Notes: a model not told the origin generated them from the letters alone. A stretch of DNA of 64,000 nt from Nitrososphaeraceae archaeon (GCA_035454925.1 DATIFZ010000067.1:2960-66959), one strand, 5' to 3'. Positions 40,015-49,867 are shown, counted from the stretch's first letter. Translations and numbers: made by a program.

Positions 40015-41361
40015 ATGACAAATATTGAATTTATTATTCCATCTGTTCTCATAAAAGGTAGCGGAGAAAAAAAAATTCCATTAGATGCCATAGATCTGCA
40101 AGATGCATTTGCAAAGGTAACCGAACAGCTCGGAGAAGATTTCAAACGCAAAGTATTGGACCTGAATGGAAAACCAAGATCATTAATCAACATTTACATA
40201 AATGGAAAAAATATGCGATTTAGTAATGATGGTATGGCCACGAAACTAAACAAAGGAGATTCTATTTATATTCTCCCTGCAGTTGCAGGTGGTTCTGAAC
40301 TTAAGAACGAAGATTTGCAACGATACTCCCGACAGATAATGCTCGATGAAATAGGATTCAATGGGTTAGAAAAACTAAGGAAGGCAAAAATCTGTGTAGT
40401 TGGAGTTGGAGGCATTGGCAATCCTGTAGTTACACTGCTAACAGCTATGGGTGTCGGAAAATTGAAGATAGTAGATAGAGATATTATAGAAATCTCTAAT
40501 TTACATAGGCAGCATCTGTATACAGAAAATAATATAGGTAGTGTGAAAGTTGAAGCTGCAAAAGAACGACTTCAAAAAATCAATTCGAGTGTTGAGATTG
40601 AAGCTCTTCCGAATTCTGTTACTAAATATACTGCCGAAAGCATTGTTAATGGATGTGACATAGTTGTAGACGCACTAGATAGTATAGATGCCAGATATGC
40701 ATTAAATGATGCGTGCATTAAACTGAACATCCCACTTATCTACGCAGGCGCATTGGGAATGTTAGGTTCTATTTGCACTATTATTCCAAATAAAACAGCT
40801 TGCCTTAGATGCATCTTTCCGGCGTTAGCTGAAGATGATATGCCTACTTGTAGCACTGAAGGTGTTCACCCATCGATATTATACTTAGTAGGCGGTATTC
40901 AAGTTTCCGAGGTAGTCAAGATTATCCTAGGCGAAAAACCAACTCTAGAAAATAAACTCTTGTATATTGATCTGAACGATCTCTCAATGGAGAAAATTAC
41001 GGTCTTTAGACAAGAAGAATGTCCTTCATGTGGAACAAAAAGAATAGATAGAGATCAGCCGCAAGTACAGCAACTAATAATTGAAGAACTATGCGGTCGT
41101 GACCGCGGAAAAAGAACGTACACTGTTACACCCGCCCAAATTTCATCACCGATAGACCTCATTGGAATTGAAAAGAATGCGAGTAAATTGGGGTATACAA
41201 TCAAGACGAAAGGCGAACTAGGATTAACCGTCCTTAGTAATAATTCTGAATATCTTTCAATAAGCTTTATGACCAGTGGTGCGGCCACAATTGTTGGAGC
41301 TAAAAGCGAAGATGAGGTACTATCAATTTACAAGAGCTTTGTGAAAGACCACAATTCATAA
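40015..41361 (+). CDS. fusion protein: MoaD/ThiS-like beta-grasp (ends AVAGG at aa 89-93) + ThiF/MoeB E1-like adenylyltransferase + about 100-aa C-terminal domain
   Basis: aa 1-93 are MoaD-like (..GDSIYILPAVAGG). The E1 domain has YSRQIML, VVGVGGIGNPV, VDRDIIEISNLHRQ, CLRC (263-266), PTCSTEGV and CPSC (336-339). The C-terminal SGAATIVGAKSEDEV segment follows. Confidence 0.8.
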   Translation: MTNIEFIIPSVLIKGSGEKKIPLDAIDLQDAFAKVTEQLGEDFKRKVLDLNGKPRSLINIYINGKNMRFSNDGMATKLNKGDSIYILPAVAGGSELKNEDLQRYSRQIMLDEIGFNGLEKLRKAKICVVGVGGIGNPVVTLLTAMGVGKLKIVDRDIIEISNLHRQHLYTENNIGSVKVEAAKERLQKINSSVEIEALPNSVTKYTAESIVNGCDIVVDALDSIDARYALNDACIKLNIPLIYAGALGMLGSICTIIPNKTACLRCIFPALAEDDMPTCSTEGVHPSILYLVGGIQVSEVVKIILGEKPTLENKLLYIDLNDLSMEKITVFRQEECPSCGTKRIDRDQPQVQQLIIEELCGRDRGKRTYTVTPAQISSPIDLIGIEKNASKLGYTIKTKGELGLTVLSNNSEYLSISFMTSGAATIVGAKSEDEVLSIYKSFVKDHNS

Positions 41362-41413
41362 TTTTTACAAGCGTTACGGTACAAGATTCTGCGAAAAAAA
41401 GTTAAGGTTAAGA

Positions 41414-41821
41414 TTAATCATTTAGACTTTCGGAACGAAATTTGTTCCTATTCTTATTAATAAATGGAATTATCTTTTCCTTAATCATGTCATCATAATT
41501 TTTCTCCTTATCTATGGTCAGCAGTAAAAAATAATCATTGCTTATGGGAATGGTAATCCTAGTTACATTTTCATATCTGCCAACAGCATAGTTTAGTTTC
41601 CCGATTTTTGTTTGAAACTTAACCCTAGTTCTATATCTTGAAACTGCAGTAGCGGCATATTCTTCACTCTCCTCTTCTGACATTAATGGTTCTAAATCTT
41701 TGCGTTGCTCTACGTTAATTAGAACGCCGTATTTGTTTGAAATACCTATCCATCGTAAGGAATTATCTAGATTCAATAACTCTTCACTAAACCTATAAAC
41801 GAACTCATAATCTATTGCCAT
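41414..41821 (-). CDS. hypothetical protein (possibly roadblock/LC7-like fold)
   Basis: 135-aa ORF. Only a weak pattern resemblance. Confidence 0.35.
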   Translation of the reverse strand: MAIDYEFVYRFSEELLNLDNSLRWIGISNKYGVLINVEQRKDLEPLMSEEESEEYAATAVSRYRTRVKFQTKIGKLNYAVGRYENVTRITIPISNDYFLLLTIDKEKNYDDMIKEKIIPFINKNRNKFRSESLND

Positions 41822-41905
41822 TATATTATTGATCCTTGATATTTCTAATATTTAAGCAAAATCAAATCAAAATCAAATAAACAAAGTTCGCAATAAAAGA
41901 AAAAA

Positions 41906-43450
41906 TCATGGAAGATGATCGATAATGTCATCAGTATATTTGTAAATCTTGATCTTGGATTCTAACTGTACGTCCCGGAGTATGCTGTCGAGGAATTCAT
42001 CAGCCACGATTATCACATCATCAAAAGAATTGTTTGATAGGAATTTTTCCAATGAATTAACAAACGTTGGATATTCACTTGAGTTGCTGAATTCATATTT
42101 TCTCTTGGCTATCAAATTGTGAGCGGCCGGATAAATGTCTGAAATTTCAGCAGGAATGATTCCAATAAAAGGATTATAAGCGCAAATTTGATAACCCGAA
42201 AATCTCACTGACAATTTATGATATTCTTGAGTACAATAAAACGGAGAAACCTGCGTATCAGGATATAGAACAAGCTTTTTCTTGTTGGTAATAAATGAAT
42301 TGAAAACCTTTCTTAATCTGGATGCTTCTGGTCGATACTGGTCGATAGAATCCATAAAAAAAATTGCTTTTTTCTTGAACATAGGAGTGCTATCTTCTAA
42401 ATATTCATAGTTCATAAATAATTTGAAGGCCTCCATTAGCTTAGGATGAGCTCGCGACTTTTGTCCAACATATTCCCAAAGCCTACCATCCATAATAGCT
42501 TGTCTTACCGACAGAACCTCGGATCTTAAAACATACAGATTATGCTTTGCCAATTTATCTACCCTCTCAACTTGTTCTAGATCAAGAAATTCTTTAGCTT
42601 TCAAATTAATACAAATTGGACATTGGCATGAAAGATAGTTTAACTTGTCTAATTTTGACGTTCCATTGGGATGCATGTATCTGTCGTCTCTTGCATAAAG
42701 CATGTAAGATGCAGAATCGAACGTATCACATCCTAACGCTACCACTAAAGGTATCGTTAGGGGATGACCAGCTCCAAATAGATGAACGGGCTTGGATATA
42801 ACTACTGATTTCAAGGCGGCTATCATTTCGGACAAAATTCCAAATTCATAGGACTCTAGTAATTGCACAGGGCTCCCCAGGGCCATCATTTCATATCCCA
42901 TTTCATCGAGTAACCCCGCAGACCTCCTGACCAAATCAAGATGTTCGGCGCCCTGCACGGGACCCACCCAAACAGAATTTCCGTCATTGTTACTCTTAAT
43001 GAGATTTAGGGTTTCTTGAGAATTTTTGATAGTTTCATTAACGTACATTTCGGCTACCTCATGTCGCAAGCCGTATCCTGTCGGCTTATCGAGCGGGACA
43101 CAAATATCACTCTTAATATCAGACTCAAATTGGGCTATGAAGGAAGGCTCAGGTTCAATGGAACCGTATTCAAGAACTTGGTAACCACCCGAATCTGTCA
43201 TTATCGGACCATCAAAGTTTATTATTTCATGAATTCCTTTTTCTCGTGCGCTATCGCCATATTCTTTCAACGTGATATACGCGTTTGTGATAACTGCTTC
43301 AAAACCTAATTTTTTTAGAAAGTTTATGTCTACAGATTGCGAAACAGGATGAATTACAGGTATGAATGCGGGAGTCTCAAAAGTCCCACTAGGGGTCTTG
43401 ATTTTACCTATCCTTCCTGCTAGGTCAGAATACCTGACCTCAAATAACAA
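41906..43450 (-). CDS. tgtA: archaeosine tRNA-guanine transglycosylase (tRNA-guanine(15) transglycosylase)
   Basis: FEVRYSDLAGRIGKIKTPSGTFETPAFIPV, MTDSGGYQ, zinc site CQCPIC...H. Confidence 0.9.
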   Translation of the reverse strand: MLFEVRYSDLAGRIGKIKTPSGTFETPAFIPVIHPVSQSVDINFLKKLGFEAVITNAYITLKEYGDSAREKGIHEIINFDGPIMTDSGGYQVLEYGSIEPEPSFIAQFESDIKSDICVPLDKPTGYGLRHEVAEMYVNETIKNSQETLNLIKSNNDGNSVWVGPVQGAEHLDLVRRSAGLLDEMGYEMMALGSPVQLLESYEFGILSEMIAALKSVVISKPVHLFGAGHPLTIPLVVALGCDTFDSASYMLYARDDRYMHPNGTSKLDKLNYLSCQCPICINLKAKEFLDLEQVERVDKLAKHNLYVLRSEVLSVRQAIMDGRLWEYVGQKSRAHPKLMEAFKLFMNYEYLEDSTPMFKKKAIFFMDSIDQYRPEASRLRKVFNSFITNKKKLVLYPDTQVSPFYCTQEYHKLSVRFSGYQICAYNPFIGIIPAEISDIYPAAHNLIAKRKYEFSNSSEYPTFVNSLEKFLSNNSFDDVIIVADEFLDSILRDVQLESKIKIYKYTDDIIDHLP

Positions 43451-43452
43451 AT

Positions 43453-43866
43453 TTACTTCTTGAACTCCCTCATGAACTCTTCATAAATTGACTTAACCCT
43501 GTCAGCAGCCAAACCCGTACCTTCCTCTATCCCATGTTCTGTTACTTTGATCTTATCCATCACTACTATCGCTTTCACATCTTCCCTGATTTTTACTAGC
43601 CCTGGAAATACTCTTGACAGACGATCTGCAAGACCCTTAAGATCAAATGGTTTTTCCAAGAGCTTTATTTCTTTGACAAACGATCCATTTATGACAATTC
43701 TCAATATTCCTTGACCTTCTACATTTTCAAGAACAGTGTCTAATCTTTCATCGATAGCACTTAATGTTCCACTATAGTTCTTGTCATAGGAGGTCTCTAT
43801 AGAAACTTTTTTTCCTACAAATTGGAGTATTTCTTCATAAAACTTTCTTATAGTTAACGCAGACAT
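43453..43866 (-). CDS. Sm-like (LSm) domain protein with C-terminal extension
   Basis: VGKKVSIETSYDKNYSGTLSAIDERLDTVLENVE...IVINGSFVKEI fits the Sm1/Sm2 layout. An extra domain of about 65 aa follows. Confidence 0.55.
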   Translation of the reverse strand: MSALTIRKFYEEILQFVGKKVSIETSYDKNYSGTLSAIDERLDTVLENVEGQGILRIVINGSFVKEIKLLEKPFDLKGLADRLSRVFPGLVKIREDVKAIVVMDKIKVTEHGIEEGTGLAADRVKSIYEEFMREFKK

Positions 43867-43995
43867 TTTTTCAACTAGGAATGTTTCTTAAAGTTCTATA
43901 TATGAGTTTCAATAACACGTTCAGGGTTTACAGACGCTAATATCATTTTAATTTCCTTGTTATGATTTCAAACAACCGACCAGGGTTAGTATAAA

Positions 43996-44406
43996 TCAAC
44001 TTTTTTTAGGGAACGTACGCAATTCATTACTCTTACACCTTAAACAGAGCCTTTCTTCCAAATTTCCGAGATAACAAGTGTAATAGCATTTACCACATTG
44101 CAGGCGCGAAATACCATCTCTTATTTTTACGAATTTATCTCTCCGTTCTAGGAATTTACATGATATTAGATTTTCCATTACTACTTTTAAGTTTGAAGCA
44201 ATATGCCCTGATTCTGCATTTCTATACCTGAGATAAGTTTTAACCATGTTGTCCGCGATATGTTCCATATCAAATTGCAATATTCCCCCATTATAATTTC
44301 GAAACATGAAATCTCTAAAGTACCACTCCGTTTCATTTATTTCAATATCGGTCATCTTGTCAATCGTATTATTGAGAGAAGAATATGATTGAATATGTTT
44401 ACGCAT
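43996..44406 (-). CDS. hypothetical protein with C-terminal zinc ribbon
   Basis: CGKC...CLRC near the C-terminus. Confidence 0.4.
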   Translation of the reverse strand: MRKHIQSYSSLNNTIDKMTDIEINETEWYFRDFMFRNYNGGILQFDMEHIADNMVKTYLRYRNAESGHIASNLKVVMENLISCKFLERRDKFVKIRDGISRLQCGKCYYTCYLGNLEERLCLRCKSNELRTFPKKS

Positions 44407-44460
44407 TAGTATTTGAGGAACTATTTAAAAATAATTAATTGACTAAGTAAGTGAACAAGT

Positions 44461-45060
44461 ATGCAATGGAATTTGAATAATTTTACAAAAATAGCTTTTA
44501 CCAAGTTAATTCAACCATTTGGAGAAGACCTTAATGACGTTGTGAAGATTACCAAAGCTTTTGGTTTCGCTGCTAATGTGTATTCGGGACTTTTCAGAAA
44601 TGAAAGTCACGAGCCCTACATCAATCACGCCATGAAGGTGGCACTAATATTGTCTGACGAACTAAAAGTGCGAGACGTAGATACAATTTGTGCAGCTATT
44701 CTACACGATGCCATTGATAAAGGTAAGGACGTCAATGAAATTGTTGAAGAATTGAAATTGAATTTTGGAGAAAGTGTTTACGACACTATCAGGAGCTTGA
44801 CTGAGCCGAAAACAAATGAAGAAAACAGAGAAAAATTACTTGTCAATTATTTTGATAATATTTCAAAAGGTCCAAAAATGCCCCGATTTATAAAACTTGC
44901 CGATCGTTTAGACAACGCTCGATTTTTGAAAAATGACAGGAAGAAGGAAAAGGCACTACGATATAAGGAAGAAACGCAGAAATACATATTGCCTCTCGCA
45001 GAAAAAACAGACGATACTATGGCATTGAAATTATCTATTGCATTGTATGAAATAAAATAA
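44461..45060 (+). CDS. HD-domain metal-dependent phosphohydrolase (RelA/SpoT-hydrolase-like)
   Basis: YINHAMKVA ... AAILHDAIDKG (H...HD) ... LADRLDN. Confidence 0.7.
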   Translation: MQWNLNNFTKIAFTKLIQPFGEDLNDVVKITKAFGFAANVYSGLFRNESHEPYINHAMKVALILSDELKVRDVDTICAAILHDAIDKGKDVNEIVEELKLNFGESVYDTIRSLTEPKTNEENREKLLVNYFDNISKGPKMPRFIKLADRLDNARFLKNDRKKEKALRYKEETQKYILPLAEKTDDTMALKLSIALYEIK

Positions 45061-45579
45061 TATAAAAATTACTTCTCTTGACAACGTCCATCACTATTTT
45101 TTTTGTGATTTAGCCAATGTCTTCCACAACCAAATAATTTGTGCTGTGTACAACCGCATATTGGACACCTTTTCATATTCTATAATCTGATATTGGCGCT
45201 TATCAAATTTACTCCACTTTTATTGTATCAATTGGTTTTGAACTAGATTTGCAATGATCTGAGAGGCAGAGCGATGAAAAGAAAGATAAAAGTAACCAAG
45301 TTAGGTATTTCATTACATGACGGAAAACTCTGTGAGACACATAAACACATTGAGGGAAATGGATTCCATGAAAAAAGAATATCAAATTAGATGTAGCCAT
45401 TATGAGCTGGAATTAACGAAAAATGAAAATCGTATTACTTGTGTTATATGTGGTAAGAATTGGGTTTTTCTCGAAGAAAGAGGTTATTCACATAAGAAAC
45501 AAGCATATTCTGCTGAGAGAGATTGAATGTTTTTTGCTTTCAAGATTTGCGTTAGAAAGAGGTCTATAATATTCTACAG

Positions 45580-46434
45580 GTGAACTGGGTGAAGAAAAAA
45601 TTTAGAGCTGCATTAGTTCAAATGAAATCGTCAATTGATAAGAATAAAAATTTATCTTATTCTTTAAAATTAATAAGTAGAGCTACACAGAACAACGCCC
45701 AATTAATTTGCTTTCCCGAGTTTCAGATGGCTTATTCTCCAGTTGAACAAAAGCCAGAAACATTACATGAGATTGCCGAAAAAATAAATGGTGACTTCAT
45801 ATCAGCACTCTCAAATTCCGCCAAACAAAATAAGATCAATGTGGTAGCGACAATATATGAAATTATCAATACCAATAAACAGAATCAAAAGGTTTTTGAT
45901 ACAGCTGTAATCATCAACGAGCGGGGAAAAATACTATCCGTTTATAGAAAGATTCATCTTTACGATGCGTTAGGATTCAAAGAATCTAGGAAGCTATTAG
46001 CCGGAAATATTATTGAGAAACCGACACGAACATCTGTAGGCAATCTTGGTTTGCAAATATGCTATGATATGAGATTTCCAGAAATTTCCAGAATACTCAC
46101 TGTAAATGGCGCTAACATTCTTGTATCCCCGTCTGCTTGGGTAGCTGGATTTATGAAACAGGAACACTGGGAAATTACGCTAAAATCAAGAGCGATAGAA
46201 AATGGCGTTTATGTGATAGCACCAAATCAACTTGGCAATATTTATTGCGGTCATAGTATGGTGATAGAACCATTTGGTGCGACCCTCGTTGACATGGGAA
46301 ATAGAGAAGGGATGGAAATTTTGGATATAGATAGTTCTAGAATAGATACCGTAAGGAGAACACTTCCACTCTTAAGGAATAGAAGAACGGATGTCTACAA
46401 AAATTATATTAAAGCATTTGATTCCGAGTCATAA
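45580..46434 (+). CDS. carbon-nitrogen hydrolase (nitrilase superfamily)
   Basis: Catalytic E-K-C context: CFPEF, YRKIHLYD, LQICYDMRFPE. Confidence 0.85.
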   Translation: MNWVKKKFRAALVQMKSSIDKNKNLSYSLKLISRATQNNAQLICFPEFQMAYSPVEQKPETLHEIAEKINGDFISALSNSAKQNKINVVATIYEIINTNKQNQKVFDTAVIINERGKILSVYRKIHLYDALGFKESRKLLAGNIIEKPTRTSVGNLGLQICYDMRFPEISRILTVNGANILVSPSAWVAGFMKQEHWEITLKSRAIENGVYVIAPNQLGNIYCGHSMVIEPFGATLVDMGNREGMEILDIDSSRIDTVRRTLPLLRNRRTDVYKNYIKAFDSES

Positions 46435-48566
46435 TGATGAGCAATATTATACCTGTTTTTTGAACAAATTCTATTCACGCAAGTTGTCCGCAACTTTTTT
46501 CTTGCAAACATAATACGCAAGATCGGCCATCCACAATGGCAAGTACTATCTTTTTTAATCGGACCCTTTTGGGGGACCGCAGCCATTGCATTACAACCAG
46601 TTACTCTATATTGAGAACACGCTAAGAATCGTTTTTTGGTTTTAGACGACCTGATAAGGATCATTTCACCTTTTTGACATTTCGGGCATTTTCCAACTGA
46701 CATCTTATTTTCAAAACTGGTCAGTACATTCTGTATTTCATTTCCAATCGTAGATTCATTCAATTTAAACTCATTTATGGGATTCGATAATGCCTTTTCC
46801 AGGTAATCACGTACATCACCAATTTCAAGATCTCCTTCCTGTATTTTCTTGATACTGGACTCGAGGGTGCTGGTCAATTTAGTTGAAATAATGTCAGAAA
46901 CAAATTTTTTCATTGTATTAAGTATCGTAAACCCCAATTCCGTCGGTTCTAAACCGTTCTCGTCTTCAAAGATGTATTTTCGTTTTATTAATAAATTTAT
47001 TATTGCAGCCCGTGTAGATTTTGTTCCAACTCCTTCGGATTCCATTTTATCCAAAAGGCTGGCCTGGTTATATCTGGCAGAAGGTTTCGTATAATCTTCT
47101 GACGCTTTGATTTCACTAACTATTATAGGCTCACTTATCTTAAGTTCAGGCAAATTCGATTCATTGATACTAAAATAAGGTTCATAAAGAGGAATCCAAC
47201 CCTTGTTCAAGATGCCATTAGCCTTAGCTAGAAAATAATTTCCCTTTACATTTATCGTCACTTCGCTGTATTTTGTTATAGCATTGTTTCCAAATGTTGA
47301 TAAGAATCTCTTAATAATGAGATCTAAAATTTTTTGTTGGAGGGCGTTAAGTTTCTTTTGTTTTACACCAGTAGGATAAATAGCTGGATGGGCAGAGTCT
47401 TCTTCCTTACCCTGATATGGAGTCAAATATTCTCTTTTCAATATGTCATCTACAATATTTTCATTCGACTTCAAATAATTCATTTTTAAACGCTCTAGTA
47501 TCTGTTTGTATCCTATCGAAGGCGGAAGTTTTTGACTTGAAGTGCGTGGGTATGAAATTAGCGCAGCTAAGTAAAGCGATTCTGCTATCGAAAGAGTCGT
47601 GGCTGGAGACATCCTGAAAACTCGATAAGCTTCCTTTTGTAGATTACTAACATTAAATGGCATTGGGGGACTAATGATTTTGTCCACTTTTACAATATTG
47701 TCAATAATACCACTCTGCCTTTTGCACGCAGAGAGAATTTTATCTGTGTCAGATGAATTGTGAATTACAGAAATCAAATTAGCTTTGAAGAAAGTACCAT
47801 CTTTCTCAAATTTTCCTGAAATGTACCAAATAGGATCTGGCACATGCCCACTAATTTTTATCTCTCTATCTACTACAAATCTCAGGGTTGGCCCTTGGAC
47901 TCTTCCAATAGTCAAGTTATAATACGTATTATCATGATTGGTAACGTTGAGGCTACTAGCAAGTGCCCTAGACAAATTTATTCCAAAAATAAAATCGACT
48001 AAATGCCTAGCTTTTCCTGCATTAGCATTTCTTATATTGGTAAGTTGTAAATTCCTGAATGATTTGGTTAATTCAGAATCAGTAAGGGATGAAAATTTGG
48101 CCCTTTTTGAAACTTCATATTTATTGTCACAAGCAAATTGAAGAATATTATACCCAATTAGTTCTCCCTCAAGATCATAGTCACAGGCATGAATAAATCC
48201 AGAAGCGCCTTGTGAAATATTTGATATGATTTGCAAGGTTTGAGAAATCCTGTTCTTCTCTCTTACAATTCTTGAATATCGAGGAGACCATTTAACATCG
48301 TATATTGGATATTTTTTTCGATTTTTTTCTACTGGAAATATGCCATATAAATGCCCTAGTGCAGAGCAAACGATATAGCGTTGATTGTCATCTGAAATAA
48401 CGTCAAAAATAACTACTCCAGGCGCAGGTTCTCTCTTTGCCAATTTTTTAGATCCTAGGACTTCAGATATTCTCTTTGCTGCAAGGGGTTTTTCGCAAAT
48501 TACAACTTGATACTCTCCGGGCCCTAATTGAAATTCTCCTGGCAATTCAAAATACTTTGGAGTCAT
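46404..48566 (-). CDS. topA: type IA DNA topoisomerase with C-terminal zinc ribbons
   Basis: Toprim start (VVICEKPLAAKRI), DYDLEGE, GRVQGPTL, ISYPRTSSQ active-site Tyr context, C-terminal CPKC...C..C modules. Confidence 0.9.
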   Translation of the reverse strand: MTPKYFELPGEFQLGPGEYQVVICEKPLAAKRISEVLGSKKLAKREPAPGVVIFDVISDDNQRYIVCSALGHLYGIFPVEKNRKKYPIYDVKWSPRYSRIVREKNRISQTLQIISNISQGASGFIHACDYDLEGELIGYNILQFACDNKYEVSKRAKFSSLTDSELTKSFRNLQLTNIRNANAGKARHLVDFIFGINLSRALASSLNVTNHDNTYYNLTIGRVQGPTLRFVVDREIKISGHVPDPIWYISGKFEKDGTFFKANLISVIHNSSDTDKILSACKRQSGIIDNIVKVDKIISPPMPFNVSNLQKEAYRVFRMSPATTLSIAESLYLAALISYPRTSSQKLPPSIGYKQILERLKMNYLKSNENIVDDILKREYLTPYQGKEEDSAHPAIYPTGVKQKKLNALQQKILDLIIKRFLSTFGNNAITKYSEVTINVKGNYFLAKANGILNKGWIPLYEPYFSINESNLPELKISEPIIVSEIKASEDYTKPSARYNQASLLDKMESEGVGTKSTRAAIINLLIKRKYIFEDENGLEPTELGFTILNTMKKFVSDIISTKLTSTLESSIKKIQEGDLEIGDVRDYLEKALSNPINEFKLNESTIGNEIQNVLTSFENKMSVGKCPKCQKGEMILIRSSKTKKRFLACSQYRVTGCNAMAAVPQKGPIKKDSTCHCGWPILRIMFARKKLRTTCVNRICSKNRYNIAHHYDSESNALI

Positions 48567-48709
48567 TATAATTTAGATTTTAGGTCTTCAAAAATACCAA
48601 TAGATGCGGATTGTAGAACTATGTTGCTCATTTTGTTTTTGGATATACCTTCTGGATCTTTGGTTTTCTCGAACATTTTTATATTCTTAAAGTAATATTT
48701 TTTATATAA

Positions 48710-49867
48710 ATGGTAAATAGTGTATGCGTTCTTGGGGCTGGCAGTACGAAATATGGTAAACTAAGTCAAAGCGTTATTGAGTTGGGACTAGATGCGGCAA
48801 AAAACGCGATTGAATCAGCTGGAATTACACCAAAAGATATCCAGGCAGGTTATATCTCAAATGTATTTGGAGTTGCGGATAAACAAGTACATATGGCGCC
48901 CGTATTGATGAGCAACCTTGGAATTCCTCACATCCCAGGGCTAACAATTGAATCTGCTTGCGGTTCAGGGTCTGTGATGTTTAGAGAGGCCTACGCAAAC
49001 GTCGCTGCCGGCTTTTACGATTGTGTACTAGCCGTTGGTGTGGAAAAGGTAACTCATACTGGAACTGCTCTTAGTACCACACTCTTTTCATATTGTTCAG
49101 ACTTTTTTTATGAAGGGGGAAATGGTGCTTCCTTCCCCGGCTTGTTTGCGTCTATCGCCAGAGCTTACCTAACGAAATACAAAGCGACAGAAGAGGACTT
49201 GGCACATGTTGCAATTAAAAATCACGAAAATGGATTCCTAAATCCAAAGGCACACATTAGAAAAAGAATCACAGTAGAGGATGTTTTGAACTCGCCAGTT
49301 GTAGCATCACCCCTAAAGGTTTATGATTGCTGTCCATTTTCTGATGGTGCTTCCGCTGTCATCTTGTGCAGTGAAGACTTTGCAAAGAAGAATGGTAACA
49401 ATTATGTAAAAGTAATTGGTTCAGGAAGAGGTGGTTCGCCTGCTGCAGTACAATCGAGGGAGGATATCACGACAATACCAAGTACGCTAATTGCTGCAAA
49501 CCAAGCATATAAGATGGCAGGAGTGACTCCTAAAGACATTGATTTTGCAGAGGTTCATGATTGCTTTACCATTGCAGAAATTATTGATATAGAGGACTTG
49601 GGATTTTTTAAAAAGGGTATGGGTGGCAATGCTGCAAAGGAAGGAATTACCAAACGTAACGGTGAGATCCCAATTAATCCGTCAGGGGGACTAAAATCCA
49701 AAGGTCACCCAATTGGCGCGACTGGCGTTGGACAAGTTGTCGAAGTTTTCGAACAATTCACCGGAGGAGCTGGAGAAAGAACTGTAGATAATGCTGAGAT
49801 AGCCTTGACGCATAACTTTGGTGCTACTGGAGCAAGTGCAGCAGTTCATATCTTTCAAAAAGTTTAA
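48710..49867 (+). CDS. thiolase (acetyl-CoA C-acetyltransferase, SCP-x/archaeal type)
   Basis: ESACGSGS active-site Cys, EVHDCFT, NPSGGLKSKGHPIGATG. Confidence 0.9.
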   Translation: MVNSVCVLGAGSTKYGKLSQSVIELGLDAAKNAIESAGITPKDIQAGYISNVFGVADKQVHMAPVLMSNLGIPHIPGLTIESACGSGSVMFREAYANVAAGFYDCVLAVGVEKVTHTGTALSTTLFSYCSDFFYEGGNGASFPGLFASIARAYLTKYKATEEDLAHVAIKNHENGFLNPKAHIRKRITVEDVLNSPVVASPLKVYDCCPFSDGASAVILCSEDFAKKNGNNYVKVIGSGRGGSPAAVQSREDITTIPSTLIAANQAYKMAGVTPKDIDFAEVHDCFTIAEIIDIEDLGFFKKGMGGNAAKEGITKRNGEIPINPSGGLKSKGHPIGATGVGQVVEVFEQFTGGAGERTVDNAEIALTHNFGATGASAAVHIFQKV

